Assembly (NCBI RefSeq): GCF_001194135.2
Contig: NC_068984.1
Coordinates: 68,083,235 to 68,147,234, forward strand
Direction: 5' to 3'
Length of the DNA: 64,000 nt
Source: Octopus bimaculoides
Taxonomy: Eukaryota
Positions 57,942 to 64,000 of the stretch are shown one piece after another; positions within the stretch are counted from its first letter, which is position 1; each line of letters begins with the position of its first letter. The translations under genes and the position numbers were made by a program. Below the pieces are notes generated by a model. It did not search any database and was not told the origin of the DNA. It saw only the letters and a list, made by a program, of their open reading frames with translations.

Positions 57942-58091
57942 GAGGACAAGAAAATTATGAATAACCAAGAACTAGTCTTCTTTCTTGAACTAGAGAATGT
58001 GAAGAGAATACTGGTTGTGTTTAGTTACGACTGGTATAGAACTGTTGAAGAAAACAAAGATCAAGAAATATTCACAAATTCTGGAAAGAGT
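57942..58091 (+). CDS. Candidate internal coding exon (150 nt, phase 0-0), product unknown
   Basis: Acceptor attacattatatag|G, donor AGT|gtaaat; EDKKIMNNQELVFFLELENVKRILVVFSYDWYRTVEENKDQEIFTNSGKS. No homology recognised; could be chance. Confidence 0.3.
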
Positions 58092-58252
58092 GTAAATAGC
58101 ATTGCATCTTTGATTACCTTTTTCTCTTTCATATTAGCCACATTACTTTATAGGGACTGTTATGTACAAATTGTTTAAATCAGTCACAATATTTTGCTAT
58201 AATACAGAACTGCTAATCTATGTATATAACTATATTCTATTTATATATTTTC

Positions 58253-58315
<63 letters not shown>

Positions 58316-58322
58316 GTATATA

Positions 58323-58501
58323 CTTGATTGCTGAATCCTCAAGTTCTTTTTTATTCTCTTTCCGTTTATTTTCTCATATTCCTTTCTGTTGAAGAGCATA
58401 GGCTCAAAACGTAAAAGACTTTCTCATCTTCCCAAGCATCAAACTAATACACCTGCTTGTTGTTTACACCTGTCTTCATCCTTTGTTTTTCTGTAAATTT
58501 A

Positions 58502-58504
<3 letters not shown>
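58323..58504 (+). repeat. (TA)n-bracketed short element with a hammerhead-like remnant
   Basis: Sharp boundaries between long (TA)n tracts; contains ctttctgttgaagagcataggctcaaaacgtaaaag. Confidence 0.45.
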
Positions 58505-58544
<40 letters not shown>

Positions 58545-60102
58545 CATGTGTGTGTGTATATATGTGTGTATCAGATGGTTATTTTGCGTCTAATTTAAAG
58601 ATTGTATGGCCATAAATTTTTCACATGGGCCATTTCATCATGTGAGGTGTCCAAATTTCATGAAAAACGAGTATGTTGAATTACATAGAGCTTACAGAGT
58701 AGAACTAACCTCGCATTTGAATTCAGCATGTTCAAACAAGTTAAGAACAAATGCTGGTATTAATGCAACAAAAACTTTGTTTCTTTGTGCTATTTGTCAC
58801 TTCTGACAAAAAAGTTATACACATATTCTGTATTGTATTTTGGTAGTATTATGTTCGTTCATTTTCCAGTTAAAAAACATATTTAATACACAGGCATTTA
58901 ACATGTGCATTTCTTACATAACTACACTCATTTGCCATTCAGAGATTTTCAAACTAACTTATTTATTAATCTCAAGTATGTAGCAGAAATGTGACAGAAG
59001 AAAATGGTAAGGAAAAATTTAAATGTTTCTTCTACAATATAACAATATTTGTTTCAACACAAAATTTCAAATCTAATTTCTTCCTTTAAATAAACTAGTT
59101 TTCATATGAATGTTCGAAAAATATTTCAGCTTTGGGGCTTGTTGTGCTATATTATAAAAATATATTAACTCTCTCACTCAGGCTATATTTTGGGAAGGTT
59201 CTATTAGAAAATTATAGAATCAAAGGTTTTTCTTTGTTTTTTTTCCTTGTCACCCCAGTTATTTGCACTGTGTTTATTTGTCTTTCTTTGACACAAATTT
59301 CTTTATTCTAAACAATAACATCTTTTTTCTCTTTCCTTCTCTATATTTGCAATAAAAGTAGATTTAATATTAAAGGTTACTGTTATCTGTAGCATCAACG
59401 TTATATTATAACAACACGGCTAATACAGAACACCTCAGGGAAATGTTCTGTATACTAAATAGGAGGAAGAGAAAGATGGTTTATCTTATCAAAACTTTGA
59501 CACACACCCAATTATTTGAAATATTGTTGTAATAAAGCAGCTTGACAATTTATGTATTGGAAAAAATATTTGGAAAACATATCAAGTTATGGTCAGTCAT
59601 TGAGCTTTGATTGATGCTGAAAATGGTCACATAATGAAAAAAAGAATTCATTCCATATTCATTATTAGAAAAAAATATTAACAGTAGCTACCTTTGTTGC
59701 TTTCATTTGTCTTATACATTGATTATAAAGATATCAAAATATCGCATTAATTCTTTTGAATATGAATAGATGGAGACACTGTGTATTTTCAACTTGATAC
59801 ATGAATATGAGATGCTCTTTCAAATGGTTTCTCAGCAACCAGTCAAATCTTGAAGACTAATTATATTTCAGTGTGCATATGACTATTTTTGCTTCCCCAC
59901 TATTTTCCGTAGTTCAAGTGTTTGAATAATTGGCAATCTGAAACTCAGTGTTATGATGCATCTAAAAAAAACACCCAGTACACTCAGTAAAGTGGTTGGT
60001 GTTAGGAAGGGCATCCAACTATAGAAACAATTTCAAAGCAGACAGCAGAGCTTAGCACAGTCCTCTGGCTCACCAGCTCAGCTCCTGTCAAATCATCCTA
60101 TG

Positions 60103-60143
<41 letters not shown>

Positions 60144-60641
60144 NNNNNNNNNNNNNNNNNNNNNNNNNNNNNNNNNNNNNNNNNNNNNNNNNNNNNNNNN
60201 NNNNNNNNNNNNNNNNNNNNNNNNNNNNNNNNNNNNNNNNNNNNNNNNNNNNNNNNNNNNNNNNNNNNNNNNNNNNNNNNNNNNNNNNNNNNNNNNNNNN
60301 NNNNNNNNNNNNNNNNNNNNNNNNNNNNNNNNNNNNNNNNNNNNNNNNNNNNNNNNNNNNNNNNNNNNNNNNNNNNNNNNNNNNNNNNNNNNNNNNNNNN
60401 NNNNNNNNNNNNNNNNNNNNNNNNNNNNNNNNNNNNNNNNNNNNNNNNNNNNNNNNNNNNNNNNNNNNNNNNNNNNNNNNNNNNNNNNNNNNNNNNNNNN
60501 NNNNNNNNNNNNNNNNNNNNNNNNNNNNNNNNNNNNNNNNNNNNNNNNNNNNNNNNNNNNNNNNNNNNNNNNNNNNNNNNNNNNNNNNNNNNNNNNNNNN
60601 NNNNNNNNNNNNNNNNNNNNNNNNNNNNNNNNNNNNNNNNN

Positions 60642-60821
60642 CACTAACGTGGACATTCAATGTGCTAGAAATAGATCACATCTTGTGTCTACTAAGACCT
60701 AAATTGTTCTCAAAACGAAATTTAGCGGAATACCAAAGCGTAAGCAGGCAATTTAGGTCTTAGTAGACACAAGATGTGATCTATTTCTAGCACATTGAAT
60801 GTCCACGTTAGTGGTCAACGT
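60642..60821. mobile_element. Perfect-arm hairpin element; left end hidden in an assembly gap
   Basis: 60642-60706 is the exact reverse complement of 60749-60813 (65/65); 42-bp spacer; the right end runs gtcaacgt into (TA)n; (TA)n also precedes the gap. Confidence 0.93.
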
Positions 60822-61953
60822 TATATATATATATATATATATATATAATGTATGTATATATTGTCAGTATTTTATATATCTGATAAAGAAGCATGCTCTA
60901 AAGCATTAGAGCAGTAATGTATTGTTTAGGAAGTTAAAAGTTATGTCTGGTCATACAGTGATCATTGGTTTCACATCTATAAACTACTTAGCAGTATAGG
61001 TGACTTGTTAGACTCAAATGGCTGAAGGCACATAACCTGACTAGAACTGGAATAAGTAATACATAATAATCAGTTGGTTTTGTAAACAAGAAAAAAAAAA
61101 TCTCACTCTATGACCAGCCATAGAAACCAACCAAAAACAGACTGGAGGCTTGGTACAGCTCCCTAGCTTACCAGCTACAGACAAACTATCTAACCCATGC
61201 CAGCATGGAAAACAGACGTCAAATGATGATGATAATGATGATATATCTATATATTTAATTATACAAGCATGCACACTTATGTTTCGGTGTGTATGAGTGT
61301 GTATGAATGTGCCTGCGTGTGTTTTAACAATAACTGCATTCAAGTAAAATATTATTGTATAACTCCTCAAATCCAACAGATTTGCCATCATTCTTCCTGT
61401 TGACAGCTTACACTAACACTACATATCTTTGTCATGTCTTTGAAATACATCCTAGATATTAAGCTAAACATTACTGAATTTTCATTAAGCATTTCTATGG
61501 AAATTTTGAATTTTAGAAACTGATAGAGTTGTAATATTGAGACAGTTTAGCAAAACATTTACAAAAGCTACGAAAAAAAAAAAAAATAAATTTCTTAGAA
61601 ATAAATCCAAAAGGTAAGGTCGACACAAAGAACGTCACAGCTAGAGAGAGGAGGGGAAAGAGAGAGAGAAAGAAAGAGAGAGAAAGAGAGATGGTGAAAC
61701 AGGGCACCAGATGTACAGACACACGAATAAAGACATTGAGACTGACAGCTGAAGTTAAGAGACTTCTTGAAGAGCAGATGTGTGGTGAAAAATTTTAGTA
61801 GGAAATAACAGATATATATATGTAGGTGGCAGTGCAAAAGAAAGTAAGGGAGGTAATTAAATTAAAGTTATGATGAAAGATAATTTTTGAAATGCGAAGA
61901 GATCTAGAATAAGTAAAACAACTGAGAATTCAAGGAGATAAAAGACAATAAAG

Positions 61954-62039
<86 letters not shown>

Positions 62040-62045
62040 AATATA

Positions 62046-62099
<54 letters not shown>

Positions 62100-63127
62100 C
62101 TTACATATATATATAAATTTATATATATACATACATATATTCGCACATACACATATGTGTACATATTTATTGCATAACATATGTGTGTTTATATGTATGT
62201 TAAATCTGTGTGTGTGATAATATAATAAAACTAATAATAATGATAATGATAATAATAACAATAACAATAATAATAATAATAATAATAATAATTGAAAGGG
62301 AGTATTTAATGATAGAAGACACACACAAAAAAAAATAACAAAATGGAAATATGTGTTAAAATAAAGCAAGCAGTAAAAAGAAGGAATTAAATGAGAGAGA
62401 CAGTTTAATGATAGATTGACTAAGTACGGAGAACCATAAGCTGGAGAGATTAGGAGTAAAGACTTCTCAGCAAAGATATTAAGAAAGAGAGAGTTAGATT
62501 GAGAAAGTGAGCGTGCGAGAGAGAGAGATAGCATGAATGAGAGAGAGAGAAGATGAGTAAAAAAGATGTAGTAAAAGTGAAGGAGTAGTACTATGGAACA
62601 ATGTATGTGTGTGTTTATATATTAAGAGAAAAGATAAAAAAATGAATGGAAATAACCGAGTAAATGAAAAGGTGGTAGGAATATCCTATCAAAGTAGAGG
62701 ATTTAAAATCCAAAATAATATTTCTTGAAGCTTATCTCTATGATTATATTGGCTTCTCCAAATAAGTAGAATTCTATAAAAGCCTTTGAGGTGTCAGTTT
62801 ATAGGAGACAGAAGCAAATAACTTGAGTGATGAAAATGTCTTTACTAGAACACAAACCACTCAAAATTCACTTGCACAGTGGCTTTCATTATCATCACAG
62901 AGATAAACACAGCCATAACAATTTTGAGTGCTTTGTTGTGTAAAGAAATTCATATGCTTATTAAACAAAAATAGAAGAAAGTCAGATGGAAATGTGTGTG
63001 TGTATGTGTGTGTGCGTGCACGTGCACGCTCACACATACATTATTATAAATCTATCTAGCTATATATATATGTGCACTGTTACACTCACATACACACCTA
63101 TAAATATATATATGTGTTGGTGTGTGT

Positions 63128-63173
<46 letters not shown>

Positions 63174-63363
63174 TTGTGTGCAGATATATTTGCAGAGAAC
63201 TGTGTATAGATCAGATAGATACACATGAATATATCAACAATATGATGTGAAAAAAACTCTCATATTCAAAAGAAAAAAAGCATAGCCTGTACAACATGTA
63301 TTGAGTGCTTACATCGCATTCACTCAGTACAAATCAATGTACATGTATATGTGTATAAAGATA

Positions 63364-63411
<48 letters not shown>

Positions 63412-63773
63412 TACAATATTCACATGTATGTTTATAAACATATATGTATAAAAGCCTACATAGTAGACACACAAACATAAAATTGAAAAACCAGCCTTAA
63501 TAGATTGTTAACCCTTATTAGGGACACATCAGAGGTGCCTACAACACTTGACCACTTCTTGAGAGGTAAATCACCAATCTGTTTATATACACTTCAAATC
63601 TTGTTGCTTCAGAGAAATGGAGCAACTAATTTGCATTCTATAAGTTCTTAGTGCTTTATTTAGTATCAGAAGCCTGTCTGCAGGGAACCGTGTGCACACC
63701 GCACATGCACACATATTGATGGTTGGTGATTAAACAAGAAACTTATTAGATGTCTTGAACAATTGAAGATACA

Positions 63774-63974
63774 TTAACTCTTTAGCCAAAATATTCTATC
63801 TGTGTTATGTCCAAACTAACCAAATTTGGCTCCTCACACCTACCGTACAATGTCATTCTAATAATAAACAATCGCATCATTGAAATATCGAAGTTGTAAG
63901 ACAATGCATGATTAAGTCAAAGCAACGTGAATAGCAATGCATTTGACTGAGAAATTTGAATGCTAAGTGGTTAA
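63774..63974 (+). mobile_element. piggyBac-like MITE, copy 3
   Basis: TTAA-CTCTTTAG ... GAATGCTAAGTGG-TTAA; same body as copies 1 and 2. Confidence 0.75.
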
Positions 63975-64000
63975 GACTTTCCATTCCTGTAAAAAAAATT

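Overview
AT-rich eukaryotic DNA with no bacterial-type features. It is dominated by microsatellites ((TA)n, (TG)n, (TAA)n, (GAT)n, (GATA)n), many N-gaps (mostly beside (TA)n tracts) and short interspersed repeats. The repeat landscape resembles a coleoid cephalopod, probably Octopus; this is an inference from recalled repeat types, not a database match. No complete protein-coding gene can be supported. Most long ORFs in the track are translated microsatellites or gaps. Supportable coding remnants: RTE LINE C-termini (657-812, 25347-25622), R4/Dong-like RLE retrotransposon ends (8322-8611, 8872-9583), Penelope-like RT fragments (5157-5385, 53560-54540), a hAT transposase C-terminus (20516-20614) and an uninterrupted two-finger C2H2 mini-ORF (32493-32702). 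Non-autonomous DNA elements defined by TIRs/TSDs: piggyBac-like (3 copies), hAT/Charlie-like (2) and Kolobok-like (1). The most notable structures are three unrelated (TA)n-bracketed fold-back elements, one with perfect arms of at least 65 bp; a 127-bp locally templated insertion with its own 14-bp direct repeat; a 62-bp VNTR with higher-order periodicity in an RTE 3' UTR; and a chain of about ten co-oriented SINEs in TAA/GAT tracts. An RFX X-box-like motif and several candidate exons hint weakly at a host gene. No CRISPR array, rRNA or true tRNA gene was found. All alignments and counts were done by eye.
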